Assembly (NCBI GenBank): GCA_000934665.2
Contig: JYFJ02000726.1
Span: 1-64,000 of the forward strand
Source: Catajapyx aquilonaris
Lineage: Eukaryota
DNA: 64,000 nt
Direction: 5' to 3'
Shown here: piece by piece, positions 12,973 through 36,236 of the stretch
Numbering within the stretch: the first letter of the stretch is position 1
How the letters are laid out: each line of letters begins with the position of its first letter
Notes under the pieces: generated by a model
What the model saw: only the letters and a program-made list of their open reading frames with translations
Databases searched by the model: none
Told to the model about the DNA's origin: nothing
Made by a program: the position numbers and the translations under genes

Positions 12973-13082
12973 TTACATGTGAGCGATTTATCCAATTGTT
13001 TGAGGTAAAAGTAACAATCGATTTTCGCCTCCAACAATAAAGGTTACTTTGGTTATGCAGCGATCAAATCGCTCACATGTAA
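12973..13082. repeat. Short element bounded by a perfect 17-bp inverted repeat
   Basis: TTACATGTGAGCGATTT ... AAATCGCTCACATGTAA. Confidence 0.65.
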
Positions 13083-13401
13083 ACGCACTTTAAATCCCAA
13101 CCCTGTCAGGTTTCACACAATTTTCAATTATCGAGAATATGTGAAATCTGGCAGGGCATTGCCAACCAATTGGGCTACGTACAAATCAAGGCAACACTGC
13201 ATATTTAATATTGCATATTGTCGCAAATTCTAATTATCTGGTAACTAGGGCCGAGTTAATGGGTTGGCATTTACTCGAGGAATATTCTGGTCATTGACCT
13301 GCCCCATTCACCAACAAATTTGCACTAACACTATCACACTAAGCTAAAACCAACGGGTAAATCACTCGGCACGTTGAGCGTGAAACGGACTTGTCGCCTG
13401 A

Positions 13402-13564
13402 AGGGCCATACACAGGCCGTCGACGGTTTTGGTCGCGTTGACGCCGTGGACCAATCATGACCCATGTAAACAATGTGTTGCGCTTGTTTACATGAGCCAT
13501 GATTGGTACGAGGCGTCAACGCGACCGAAGACCAAAACCGTCGATGGCCTACGTGTACGGACCT
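13402..13564. mobile_element. Palindromic MITE-like fold-back upstream of the DDX6 coding region
   Basis: GGCCGTCGACGGTTTTGGTCGCGTTGACGCC...CCAATCATG...CATGTAAACAA pairs with TTGTTTACATG...CATGATTGG...GGCGTCAACGCGACC...GACCAAAACCGTCGATGGCC. Confidence 0.7.
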
Positions 13565-13899
13565 GTATGCGGTACAACGGCGTGCAGTCAATTGCGCAAC
13601 TCTGAGAACCTCTTGTCTGCGCCACAATGTTCCGCAACACCCACTAAAACTCAAGTTCCTATGATGCTGCCTAGTAGGCCCTTTGTCTTCCCCCTCCAAA
13701 ATCCCACTACGAGTTTCATTCCTACAGTTGGACCCTAACTGACCCTGCGTGACATCCCCTCAACCCTTGAGCAATATGTACGCAGGTAATACATACAAAA
13801 AAAGGTACGTAGGTGATACATACATGGAGTCGAGTTTCCCCCAGTCCGAGGGGTGGGTGGTGGGAGGCGGGCTAGGGGGTGGTGGGGGGGAGTGACGCT

Positions 13900-13933
<34 letters not shown>

Positions 13934-14519
13934 CGTCTCCCTCTCTCAACTACTGTAGCTGCGTCTCTCGGGGCTGAACGGCAAGGAACCGGGGGCCGAA
14001 TGGCTTGGCAGGGATCAGAGAGGGAAGGCGGCAGGAGGACCCCCGGCGTCGGAGCCAAAGATGCGTTGTTCGAAAATGGTCGGGGGGAGAGGGAGGCTCC
14101 CCGGCTGCGGCGGCGGCGACGGAGAGAGGACGAGCGGAGGGTGGGCAGGGGCGACGAGGGGACCGGCCAGGGATGGGGCCAAAGGGCGGATGGCCTCGGA
14201 TACAATCTCCTTCTCTCCTGTCTCGCATCCAGCTCTCTCCCCTCTCTCTTCTCAATACCTCCTTCCTGGACAAGATAAGTCCTTCCACCACAACCAACGG
14301 GACAAGAATGGAGGTTCCACAATCTGCCCTAGCCCAAAAGGAGCGCTCATGTCGATCAGGGTGCGCAATGGGACGACTGCGCACCTCTATAGGAAGGAAA
14401 GGGTTTGGAACAGGATTGGGAGAGATGGACGCCATTGTCAGGCTCCACTATTCACCACTTTTCAGCACCTCGATTAATTATCGCGGGTTTAAAAGTCAAT
14501 CAAATTGATGGGGGGGAAA

Positions 14520-14625
14520 AAGGGGGCGTGGCCTACAAGCGCATTCCCACTCCTGTCTAGCCGCAGTGACGTCAGAAACAAAGGGGTGCGTTCCTGCCTC
14601 TGCACCGAACTGAGTGACGTCAGAT
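14520..14625. promoter_or_regulatory. Candidate DDX6 promoter: GC box plus two palindromic CRE sites
   Basis: GGGGCGTGGC and two TGACGTCA next to a GC-rich, CT-repeat-containing region upstream of DDX6. Confidence 0.4.
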
Positions 14626-14758
14626 GGCAATACGATACCGTACATGATTTTAGTAATAAGATAGTTTTTCAAACAAAAAAAACACCAAAATTATTGCCAA
14701 AATTAGGAATATGTTTGCTCCCCCCCAATTATAATTGACAGTTCAGTACCCAATGGGT

Positions 14759-14988
14759 ACCGACGCAGGTTGGCATAGTGGATAGGGCGTCCGACTGCTA
14801 ATCGGGAGGTCCTGCGTTCGAATCCCGGGGCCGGCAACCTTGACTGTGGTTTTCTGTGGTTTTCCACGGTCTTTCTAGGATAATTCCGGGGTCGCTTCCG
14901 TATAATAGGCCACAGCCGCTTCCTTCCATCCCTATCCTTGGAGGTTGAAAGGCAATGCTAGGCCAACCTCCTTAAATATCAATTATAA
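14759..14988 (+). mobile_element. tRNA-derived SINE with 14-bp target-site duplication
   Basis: A box TGGCATAGTGG, B box GTTCGAATCCC, SINE-type body GGTTTTCTGTGGTTTTCC...GGCCACAGCCGCTTCCTTCC, 3' stem-loop GGAGGTTG/CAACCTCC; AGTACCCAATGGGT at 14745-14758 and 14989-15002. Confidence 0.88.
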
Positions 14989-15954
14989 AGTACCCAATGG
15001 GTCTCCCCCGGTTTCCATATGCATTCGTGCTGCACATAGCGGCCATAAAAGTGTTTTGTAATTCAATATACAGAAAGATTGCGTGCCTCCCCGTACAGTG
15101 CATTTTACAAACGAGAAGGCAATGACCTGGCCAGGAGACTACAGTATTATCTCCACCACCCACCCTTGCCTCAGTGCATCGCACACAGCGATAAAATGTT
15201 GTACTGCTACATATCCTGGATTTGCATCAAATTTGCATCGTTTAAATTGCTGCTAGAAAAATTGAGATTTGACAGCTACATTTTCTTATCAGCGTTCTGA
15301 TAAGTGCTGTCACAGTGCATTGTTTCTATAAATAACCCCACATGAGGTGGTTTCTTTACGAGGTCAAGCGTAACCAAACGTACGCTCTAATTGCGCACGT
15401 CACGTAACCACAGCACAGTCCAATGCCAATTTGACTACGCTCCGTTGGGCTCCGTTGAACCCCCCAGCAGTATTTCCTACAAAACCTTTTTATCTTTTAT
15501 GGGCTAATCGTACAGCCCCTCACTAATGGGCAATTAAGCACAGTCTGGACCAAAAATGGCTGCCATCACGCCAACCCCACTGAAATAGATATGGGAAACT
15601 CACCGACCTGCCGTTGTTGTATTGTCCTCTGGTGCTACGGAGTCGTATGTACCGTGTGTACTGGTCTGAGCTGTCAACACGCAGAACTGGGCAGCACCCA
15701 CCACGGACGAAGACAACGGAGCGAATGTCCAGCGACGAGAAGAAGAGAAAGCAGCAGCAGCCGGGGTGATTTAAACTCCCAGCATGCATTGCGGGCATGC
15801 CCCCCCNCCCCCCCCCCCTCCACCCACCCCCTCCCTCCCCCCAAAAAATAGCGGGATTTCAAATTTGACAAAAAAAATGCTGTTTTGTACATGGTTTAAT
15901 TAATACATGGTTTTAATTAACACATGGTTTTAATTAACAAGTGGGTGGTACTCA

Positions 15955-18900
15955 TCAGAGGTAACAGCTTTCTGATGAGAATGCGGGGTTGATGAAGCTG
16001 CTGTTTGATTGCGGGACTAGGTGTCTCTCGAGGTCGGTCCAAAATGTAGGGGATCCCCAGCTTAGTCGGGGGCATGAGGAGAATGCGGAGGGAAGATCCA
16101 GGCTTGCGTCGCCGTTGGATATGAGCATGGCCACTAAGCTTGGGAACTGAAACGATACGGTGCGATTGGCATTATTGCGGATCTAGAAGTCGCGCACACT
16201 AATCTGCACTAAACAGTTCCGCTTCTTTCTCAAGTCATGCTAACTACTATTGCAGCTTTGGATGGGCACGGACACAAACTTGCCGGATGCCTTTCATTGT
16301 ATCTTACATGACACCATGTAAGACGCACCTTTCCCCCCCAAAAAATTTCACAAAATTGCCCTGTCTTATATGCGGAAAATACCATATTAAACCTCTTTCC
16401 CCCCTTAATATGATCTACTGAAATGCGGGTGTGTCTTATATGCCCGTGCATGTCAAATACGGTAACTTTGTAGTGTTGGATCAATATAGACATGTGGTGC
16501 TCTTAATGACAGTACCTTTTCAGTCACTTCAGTCAGTTTCAGTTGTAGCTCCAGTGTTGAGCTGGATGGTGTATGATGGCTAATGATGATTCCTATCCAT
16601 GAAGTTTGGGATGTAATCTCTCCTATGGTGTACCCTTTTTGGATTAGGTGCGGAACGATTTCGGACAGCACTGTTTCCTTATCTTCAGTAGCGTACAGCA
16701 AGAACCCGGTGTGTGAATTTTCAAGGGTTCGGATCCCTTTTGGTCTGGCCTTGACCAAAAAGTGTGTTACCTAAAAGCAGACTATGGTCAGTTGCAGTAT
16801 TGCGGCACATTAACGTAACACTTTTACTCTTCTGCTGTTAGTTCTCATCCCGACTGCTGTCAGAAACAGAATGAGGGCAGCTGTTATGGCAGCCACAGCA
16901 TACAGAGACGCCGTGAGAGCCATGTCTTCACCGCTAAAGCCATCCTGCAGTGGAGCAGCTTGATGCATTTCCAGCACCTGGAGGCCAACCATTTCCGATG
17001 GTCCACTGTGACATCGGATTGATGTTGGATCTTCCAATATGGCTTCATTCTGCTTGCTCCATTCCTGTTGGGTGAAGATGCAACAATGAACGTAGCAGGC
17101 AAAAGTGATGTGTCCAATAATAATTTTCCTTACAATTATGTGAGACACATAAAACACCTAGCCACACTATAATGCACCATTTATATGCATGTAGTTGGAA
17201 ATATTGACATTCTCCCGAATATAAAGTTGAAAGCCTTACCAGTAGAAGGTGTGCATGTTCCGGGCTGCAGTCCCAAGGATTGTCGCCCATTGCCAAAGAC
17301 GACAAGCGAGTCCCAATTGCACCCAGCTGTTCTATTCTGCTTAGCTTGTTCTTGGACACGTCCACCATTCTAAGAGCGCCTGACCGTCCCTTGCCCTCTT
17401 CCAGATTGCAACTTCCTGGGCTGTGGATGGTTTCACCAGCATTCATCCTGAGGTCTTCCATTTGATTGTTGCACAAATCAAGGCTCTCCAGTTCTGGAAG
17501 CTCCGGCAGGAAGCAGATGTCCGAGATGGAATTAGAGGACAGGTTGAGGACCCTCAGGTGAGGAAATGCTCTGGCCGAGGCTGCTGGCAAGCTCTCCAAG
17601 GCATTGTATGACAAGTCAAGCTCCCAGAGAAGTGGCAGATATACAGTGGGGTGGAATGGAAGCTCCACAATTTGGTTCATGGACAGGTCCAGTTGTTGTA
17701 GATTTGGCAGCAAGCTCAAGTCCTAAAATTAAAAAAAAACATTTTCACTAAAATTACTCGATTATGACATGGAAAATCCCACTCTTCTCTTTTTAAAAAT
17801 CCTGTCGTCATACCTGATCAGAAATGTTGTTGAGTTTATTTCCTCGAACGGTAAGAAATCTGACTGATGATGCACAGGACTGAGACTCCATATGCCCGTC
17901 ACTGTCAACTGGTTCCATGGGGCCTAACAGCGTTATCAGGCTGTTGTTTCTCACACTGACTTCCTCAAGGTGGCAATACGCAGGCTGCAGAAGATCATAC
18001 AAAGATTCCAGCTGATTCCCATCAGCTTGTAAAACCCGTGCCCAGTCTGGTATGGCTTCAGGAAGGTGGATTAACCCTGTGAAAATTATAACACATTAGC
18101 GGTGGTGTGGGGATTGTGCAAAAGCAGGTCTAACAACCTTTGTATCTGCAGTCCACCAGTCGTTTGCTTTTTTGGCACCTGCAAGCACGAGGGCACATAT
18201 CGCAAGGTGCCAGAAGAAGATCTTGTTCCGCCACGGACAACAGTTCTTTTCCAGCCATGAAGGGAGGCTGGCTACACACAAAGTCCAGAGTATGATTATC
18301 CCGCATCGCCTGATGCCAAAGTCCTAACAACGCACAGTCACATCGCCATGGGTTCCCTCCTAGATTTAATGTCATTGCAGAATAATAAGGAGGTAGATCC
18401 AGATTTGAGAGTGAAAGAAGTCTGTTCCCTTGCAAATTCAGGGTTTCTAAAACTGGGAAGAACTCCCAATCAGGATCGGAATTAGTCAGGGTGTTGAGTA
18501 TGTTTCGTGAAAGGTCAACGTGCTTCAAAACAGTCAGATTGTGAAAGATGGACAAGTCGAAGGCAGGTAGAAAGTTGGAGGACAGGTTTAGCATTTGAAG
18601 ATGACGCAAATCGGAGAATGCACCAAACTCCAATTTGGACAGTCGATTTGCGCTCAAGTCCAGGGTTGTCAGGTACGGTAGACGCTTCAAGAGAGAAGTC
18701 TCTTCCAGATTATTCAGCTTGTTTCGACTCAAGTCAAGCCAGGTCACGTTCCTCGTAAGTTTGATCAAGGGTTGTTGAGCCTCCTTGTAGTTCAGTCTGA
18801 AAATTTATGAACTCATTTAAACCCTTTTGTTACCATACAAAAAAATCAGCATACCCTAAGGTGCGGATGGCATTCTTAATGAGGACCAGATGTGCCGTTA

Positions 18901-19852
18901 TATTTGGAATGTGCCTGAGCAAGACTTCCACATCAGATAAGCTGTTTGATGAGAGGTCCAGAAGATCCAGTTGCAAACCTTGCATTCCTCTTATGTGCTC
19001 CAAACTGTTGTGGTTCAGCAACAGTACTCTCAGGGTCTTCGCAGCACTTGCAGAAGAAAACGCAGCTTCCGCCGAAAACAGCCTCAACTGGTTATGACTC
19101 AGGTCCACTTGTTCCAATCCGCTGATTCCTTTGAGCGACTCTTTCTCCAGCAGCTCCAAACTTACATTCCGAACAACAAGACGTTTGGTCCGCAGACTGC
19201 ATAAGCCATCTCGAGGAAGCAAGCGGATGGTGCCATGAAGCTGGAGAGATTCCAGTTCCAGAGTCTTCAATGCCCCCTGTGCCTATGTTTACAAAAGGCT
19301 TAAATTAATTACCAGAGAATTTTGAAAATTCGATTTAAATATTATTAGCCATGTTTGCGGATTAAAAATGGCGGTAAGCCAAACTCTGATTTTATGTGTT
19401 GGAAAAATATGTGTTTTTTTTTTGCTTTCTTTTGCTTAACTACATTTTTACTGTATTTTTAACTATTTTTAACAAATTGTAATAAAATTATGTGGCACTG
19501 TATAAATGATAACAAGGCTTTACTATGCTCCATATGTCAATACAGTATTACATACCTGTTTTTGTGACGTATTGGCCTTGATAAAAATCAGGAAAAAAAC
19601 CCTCTATAAACCTAAAAATAACTCACCTTTGCTTTAAACCTTTGAAAATCTGCGAACGTGTCGCAAACAACATTCTTGACGTCTCCATCACATTTGCATG
19701 GGAAGTACAGCACATTTGAATCACACTGTGCATCCGATAACAAAACGCTCGAGGTCAACATACAAGTCACCACAGCAAAACATCTGACACCTAAAGAACA
19801 AAAAAAATTTAAGTACTTTACAAGAAATTATTGCTTTATACTCACCGGACAT
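15955..19852 (-). CDS. Toll-like receptor, multiple-cysteine-cluster type, divergent TIR (about 895 aa); exons 19852-19846, 19790-19627, 19282-18855, 18796-18138, 18076-17814, 17722-17240, 17064-16828, 16770-16516, 16146-15955
   Basis: Signal peptide MSGVRCFAVVTCMLTSSVLLSDA, LRRNT, LRRs, internal NPWRCDC plus CPRACRC cluster, second LRR block with NPWDCS, TM ASLYAVAAITAALILFLTAVGM, TIR box1-like HTGFLLYATEDKETV and box3-like LSWGSPTFWTDLERHL; exon lengths sum to an intact frame. Confidence 0.85.
16315..16464. mobile_element. Degenerate pogo/Tigger-type MITE fragment in the last Toll intron
   Basis: TAAGACGCAC and GTGTCTTATA motifs and an AAATACGGTA terminus. Confidence 0.45.
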
Positions 19853-21497
19853 GATTACGCTTCAGAGACTTCAAGGTTCGAATCAGAGACGACACCTTGT
19901 TTCCATAATGTGGTTCACATCTTTACTGTAACAAGAAAAGTTTCAAGTGAGTGACAAACAAACACCTTAAACAACCTGGTACTAACTTGTGGGTGTGGAG
20001 GATGCTTCAAGCTCGGTTGATTACTGCTGGTGGCAGCCTTCATTATAACCGGAGGCCATGGCCCGGTTGAGAAAAGTCCTTGGATGCTTTCCAGCAAAGT
20101 TGTCAAGGTTATGGGCGTCAGTGCAATAAGATTTGTCAGGTAAAAGGTGCTGTAAAAAAAATTTATAGGGGGGGAAACAGGGGGGGGTTCCAGACACTTG
20201 CATCTTACAGGTGCTGCCAGCTAGAGACAGAAATTCTGTGGGCCAGTTAATAAATTTATGGAAAATTATAAAAATGTGGTGAGGCTCAAAAAACGGGAGT
20301 TTATTTTTTTTACATTTTGAATAGGTAATTGTAATGACATATGATGATTGAGGAGTGGTTTAGGATTTGAATGTTCTATACATAACCACTATTCACGTTC
20401 AAATATGGGACACAATAAATTCTAAACTCTTTAAGTAGAAGGTCGTAACTTCGTAAAATATGTACAGGAGAGTAATATTCTATAGGCGGTAAACGCGTAA
20501 AGGGTAACGAAATATCAAATGTAAGACATGTATGGCAACTATTGTATAACACTAGTCAAAATCATACGCTATACTTCAAGACTTTACGTTATATACATTT
20601 CTTGATTTTTAAAGATATGCGATTTTTAATGTCAAGTAAAAATGGCTCATTGTTCATTTTCATTCGCTCATACATTTAACTCACAATTACAATTTGCTAC
20701 AAGGAGAAAAAGTTATCTTAAAAAGACATGCACAAATGTATAACGAGCACCATTATTATGTACAACACTTTGCCGGTAACTAATAGCCAATTTACAAAGG
20801 GTGTTTAATGCCACCCAATCAGCAATTTCTTAATTTTCAAAAAAATGTCTAATCGAGCTTGTAATTTTAGTAATGAAAAAGCACTGAAAACAGTCGTAAT
20901 GTTTACCTCGTATTTATAATGTGACACACTTTCGTCTCGTAAACTAGGAACTACTGCATTGTCCAATAGTTTCTTCCCCTATAGTAAGTTGGGCTTGGCC
21001 GATTCCAAGCTCCATGACAATGTACCGGTACTCAACAGAAACAACGGCTACTCCTAAGAATGACCACATGGCATGTAATACTGGGAATAAATGATGAGAT
21101 CAGAACCGCGGTATTAAGGAACAAATAAATTGGCACTAGAATGGGTCATATGATGACTGCTGTACAGGACGATGTAGTCAGTGGATGAGGAACATGAGCT
21201 GCATTGCGGACGCTGTGTCTGCTGCTGTCTCCGTGGGTCAGTTGGACGGTGCGTGTCCTGCGTAGGGGTACCTCCCGAGTGCCGCGGCGGCGGCAGCAGC
21301 CGCAGCAGCCGCCGCAGCTGCCGCAGGTCCTCCGCCGCGATGCGCCGTGGCCATCGTGACGGGCAGGCCAGCAGCCAGGGTCACTGTGGGGACAAATGTC
21401 CGGTCCCTTTTGCATTTTCATACACGATCCCCGCAACTTAAATGGCTCTCTGGAAATGAACCGGCGTCACTTATACGCTATATGCGGTTCTGTCCGG

Positions 21498-31427
<9,930 letters not shown>

Positions 31428-32090
31428 TCCATCAAGCAAGAAGGAAGCACACAAGGCAGCGAGTCGGACTCAAATGGTAGCGGGGGATCAAGAAAAAAGC
31501 CCGCAACGAGGCGCCACCCTCGCTCATATGCCGGCATGTGGACTATACGCGTCGGGTCTAATTTGTACTTTGACTTAACGGTCAAAACTTCAGGTGCATC
31601 AAATGTAATTTTTTCGGCTGCGCTCCAGGAATCGAGCCTGAGGCCCACCTTAATTCCGAGAAATTAGCAACTTTAAAAAGGCCCACCGCTTGACTTGTTC
31701 CTTCTTAAAACTTTTTTTTAAACACCCTTAATATTGCAGGTGCGGTTGCGAAAAAAAAAAAAATGGCACACACAAAGAGATCGGACCGCTTTTTGATTCT
31801 GCCGTTTTCGGCGATCGGCCTTCGTTTCATCAAAGAGGCGAAAATGACGTCACGCGACCTTCATTCCGGTTGCTAATCCGCCCACGCACGGATTGGCAAT
31901 GTTTACAGGCGCCGGAAGCCTTTAGGTTTTCTTAGAAATCATGAGCCACTGTCCGAGTGTGGGCCGCCGGAAGTATGACGAATATATGCTGCGGTTCCTC
32001 CTTGGAATCAGTACCGTAAGAGTCACATCAGGCAGGTCATGTAGCTTCTGGCTGAAGAGGTCAGAATAATTAGTAATAATAATAGTAGTA

Positions 32091-32092
<2 letters not shown>

Positions 32093-32157
<65 letters not shown>
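32093..32157. repeat. (AAT)n microsatellite
   Basis: Perfect AAT run; explains the spurious poly-Ile ORF. Confidence 0.95.
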
Positions 32158-34333
32158 GACGTGTACCATACGTACATGCCATATCATATGATGAACAAGT
32201 TCGTGTTCGTGGCATAGTTCACCATCAGGTTCACCGTGGGAGCTCCCTGAAGCGACGAAAGTTTCGGATCTGGAACCGCGCCCTTCGGTATAATCTGCAT
32301 TCCTTGCTTCTTCATCTTCTCTGGACGACCTTTAGCAGCTCTTTTCTCACGGATCCGGCATCGCCCCGGGGTCACATTCGGTGGAATCCGCCCCCCAAGT
32401 GAGAAATTGTTCACTCTAGCAACCAGGTTGCTTTCTGGGGGCAAGGTATGGCATTCCGATCACCATAATAGTGAATGTGAACTTTCCACATACCAAGAGC
32501 CAGATTCATCCGATTTCTTAGAAATAGTCATACTCAACATAACGGGTCCGCACATGTAATATTGTGCGGGCTATTCTTTGCCGCGACACGTGTTCGCAAT
32601 ACGTGCCAATTGCGGTTGGCGTCTCCAGGGAGGATTGCTCAAGTCTTTCACCCATTTTTTTGCAGGATGATAGTGCGGAATCTGGCTCCACCACCCACTC
32701 TGGCCAAGCTTCAAATTCCTCCGCACCTTTGCCGCGCATCCATTCTCCAATATGACTCACATGTTAAGCCACATTCATTAATATCACCAAGAGTACATCA
32801 GTTAGAAAGGTATAGCTGCTGGGCCACTTTACACCTTCACACACACCCAGCAGCATTCCTGAAACGACGATTCACAGATGGACATGTGTGGTCCACATAC
32901 TGCCGGGTATGGACGCTCGGGGTCTTCCTGACGCCCATTTTTTATTTGGTCTCGCCTACCCTCTTTTTTTATTAGCTGAATCTACTTTTGTACTTCTCAG
33001 AATCGGGTGGTTAGACCTTCAGTTTTTTTGTTCCTTTCGGCGCACGACTTTCCACACTGACAACTGGTCAAAACCACGCCATCTTGGCGGTATCGCACAT
33101 CAATTAGCATTTAGATAGGATTTATGTAATAGACCGTAACCGAAAACGATAACTCAACCGTAACCGAAAACGTTGACTGGTGCAATATTTAATGATATAG
33201 CGAATGGAAAAATTCGGCAAAAATTTGCAGTAGCTCAGTGGTGATTCACCCTCTTGCTGAAAATCCCAGGTCGCAACCCCCCACCTCTTAGGTCGCGTCT
33301 CTCTTAAGCCATGTCCCGCTGATACCCCCGCATATAAACGGCCTTTCTCATACCAAACCCACCCACCCCGGTACGGGCCTGGGGCAAAAAAAAACGGTCC
33401 TGTTAAGTTTACGATATCATAAAAAAAAATATGGGGAGGAGCGTCGGGTTAGGACGTGCCCAATCTGACTCTCGCTGAGTCCCTATTGGAAGAAGGGACG
33501 TGGGATGAGGAGGCCCATTGGACCGTGTTGGCGCATATGCCAGGGGATCTCGACGTCCTGGTTGGCCCTCTTGGAGTAGGAAGGAACGCGGAAGGTGCTA
33601 TCGACCTGCCCGATACACTTGGGAAGTGATTACGAGACATCTAGTGGCGCGAATGGCCATCACTGTAGTACCATATCCCTCACATACATGACGCATGGAA
33701 GTTAATGGTATTGTGGCGCCACTATCCGTTGGCGACAAAAGAGCGAATCGGCTCAGTTCGATTCGCTCGGCCATGCCGTCACCAGTACGACACCGTCCAA
33801 TACTAGGTGATGACTCACCACGGACAATGATCTGGAGGCAGACTCAATCCAGTGCTGCATAATTTTAGTTTGTTTCAAAAATTATACGTAGCGCAAGGGG
33901 CTAACCACTTCCCAGAGACTCCTTGGTACTTCAAGAATTTGGTACAATTTACAGTCGAGTGGTTAACCCCTTGACGTAGCGTCATGCCTGAAATGCACGT
34001 GATTTATTGGTCAGAAGCGCTTCATGTGCACTATTCGCATACATACACTCCAGCCTTTACCGCTTTCGGTTACATGTTTGCACCAATAACCGCTTTAATA
34101 TTTCACTGCGGTTACACTTTCAAACTGGCAGCTGTCCTTTACTTCACATTTTAACCTTGGTAATGTTTATAGGATATACAGGGTGACTGTAAGTCTGGAC
34201 ACATTGGTCGTTGTTGAATGACAAAAACAACCAACAATGTGTCCAGACTCGAAGAGTCACCCTGTAGTACATTTTGTAGGTAAAAAGCTGCAAACTTATC
34301 CACAAATCCATTCGCCCATTTGAGGGTGACAAA

Positions 34334-35124
34334 TCAGACTCCTATCAGTCCGCCCTTTTCTATTTGCTCTAGTGTGGCCTGCAGTTTAGTCTCGAACAAC
34401 TCGCACCTCACTGGCATCTCTAGTGCGTAGAACGGGTTCTTCAGGGCGTAATCAGCGTACAGCTCGTATATCCGCCTCAGCAGGGCCTCCACTCCAGCTT
34501 GCTTCGGGTCTGCTATAGCGATGATCTTGGTTCCGGTCAGGGTCTGGAGGCAGTAGAGATGGAATGTGTCTGACTCCAACACAGATATCCCGGAAGAGTG
34601 CGGCTCTGGGCTAAGCTGCGAGGAGATGGCATACAAGGGGTAGAACATGCTCGCCAAGAAGATCTTCTCATTGGTGGACATATGGGACCGGCCAAAACGG
34701 AGGTTCACCGGAAAGCTGTCCGAGTTCTCCAGAAGCTCCAGAGCATCACGGCCATCCTCCAGCATACGGCCCACCACCGGTATGCCATTCACAGACATGA
34801 GAGTGTGGCCCACTGTATCAAAAGATATTAATGTCCTAATAAGTTAATTGTCCTACAACTGCTGACCAAGACTTATCGTGACCTGTGTCTATCCAGGTCT
34901 TGCTAAGGTCAAAACTAGTGACAGTTTCTAGGCCTAGTCCCGCCCTCACCCTTGATTCCATCCTGCTGGCCGAAGACAACCACAATCCTCTTGTTCTCGC
35001 AGGCCAGCTTGAGGTCCAGAGGGAAGCTGAACGTCTTCTCGTTCTCTATATCCGGTGGATTGTGGTCGTAGTTGTAGATCAATCCTCCGGATTTCGACAG
35101 AATGTAGACGCTGAAGACCGCCAT
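34334..35124 (-). CDS. TRAPPC4: Trafficking protein particle complex subunit 4 (Trs23/synbindin), 217 aa; exons 35124-34950, 34812-34334
   Basis: [17 protein letters not shown]...[58 protein letters not shown]. Confidence 0.95.
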
Positions 35125-36236
35125 CTTGGAATTAAACACATCGGGTGCGTTCCTGTCGACGCCCACGAAATAAAAGAAATCAGCACTGATTACATTTAAC
35201 AAACATTAAGCACTCCTTAATTATTGATCATGTTTACAATCTTACAGGTAAAGTTGCAATGTATTGAAAATTATAAATTTTAAGTGTTGCGAAGAAACAA
35301 ATAGCAGCCACCCGAACACACCAAGCGCTACATATGAATAATTATGGCTAAAATCAGTGCAATTAATCTAATAGTGCCACTTCAAAATGATTGTATTATT
35401 TATGCCAAAAAATAGCAGCTAGTTTCATTATTGACAGGCATTGTTGGCCATTGTGCTACTGAACTCCGGTTGAATAAGTATTAGTACAAACGACACAATT
35501 AATAAATAAACAAATTAATTCGGAATGGTTCACTGTGTGAGGGTGATTACTGCCTGAAAAGATTCAGAATTCATTCCGACTGTAGCTGCATGCGTTATCG
35601 TACAGTAAGGTGAGACAGGTTTAACGGGATAATTTTTATTACTTCTCGGAAGGCAACAATTCACTGGCTGAAACAGGTCAGTTTCTTCCTTCACGCTGAA
35701 CTCTACAATTGCACCAATTTTATTTTCCCAGGTGGGTCTAGGAACTGTCTACGATTTTTAAAATCAACTGTTGAGGACGTCATTGGCTGCACCTGCAGCA
35801 CTTTTTGTCTGTCATGTACACTTTTTTTTTCTTTCTTGCGTCACACTACCATATTACTGTTTCGTTATTGGTACCAGTTCGTAATGTGTCTCCAGTTATT
35901 CTCTGATTTAATTACCACTTATTAACAAATGCTGCATTGAAGACAAAGCCTTTCTTTTTTTGTTGTCACGGCCTAAGATAAGTAAAACCACAACCTTGTC
36001 TGTAGAGAGTCATCCATAGTTAGGAAGCACTTTGATTTGTCCATTATTTGTCTCTCCTTTCTGAGTGTCAAGATTTTTTTTTCTTACAACTATGTCACTT
36101 TTTAAATATCTCGAGTCCATTGCACTCTTGCCCCGGGGAACCTGCCAATCTCACACAGTAACTGTTAACATCTGTGGCTCCCTGCCAAACAACAACTTCA
36201 CCCCTTGGATGGAAGAATTCCACCAGATTTTGGCGG

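Noticed and set aside
13735..14508. Several overlapping long ORFs
   Set aside because: GC-rich, CT-repeat promoter or 5'UTR sequence produces stop-poor frames; no domain recognised
14759..14836. tRNA-Ser(GCT) gene
   Set aside because: Acceptor and T stems pair poorly, there is no long variable arm or terminator, and it continues into a SINE body bounded by TSDs
32184..32975. Coding-like ORF fragments between Ets21C and TRAPPC4
   Set aside because: Could not assemble a phase-consistent gene or recognise a family
33485..33860. Possible two-exon small gene on the minus strand (MQHWIESASRSLSV|VDSTFRVPSYSKRANQDVEIPWHMRQHGPMGLLIPRPFFQ)
   Set aside because: Good donor but weak acceptor, no signal peptide and no known motif; needs RNA-seq
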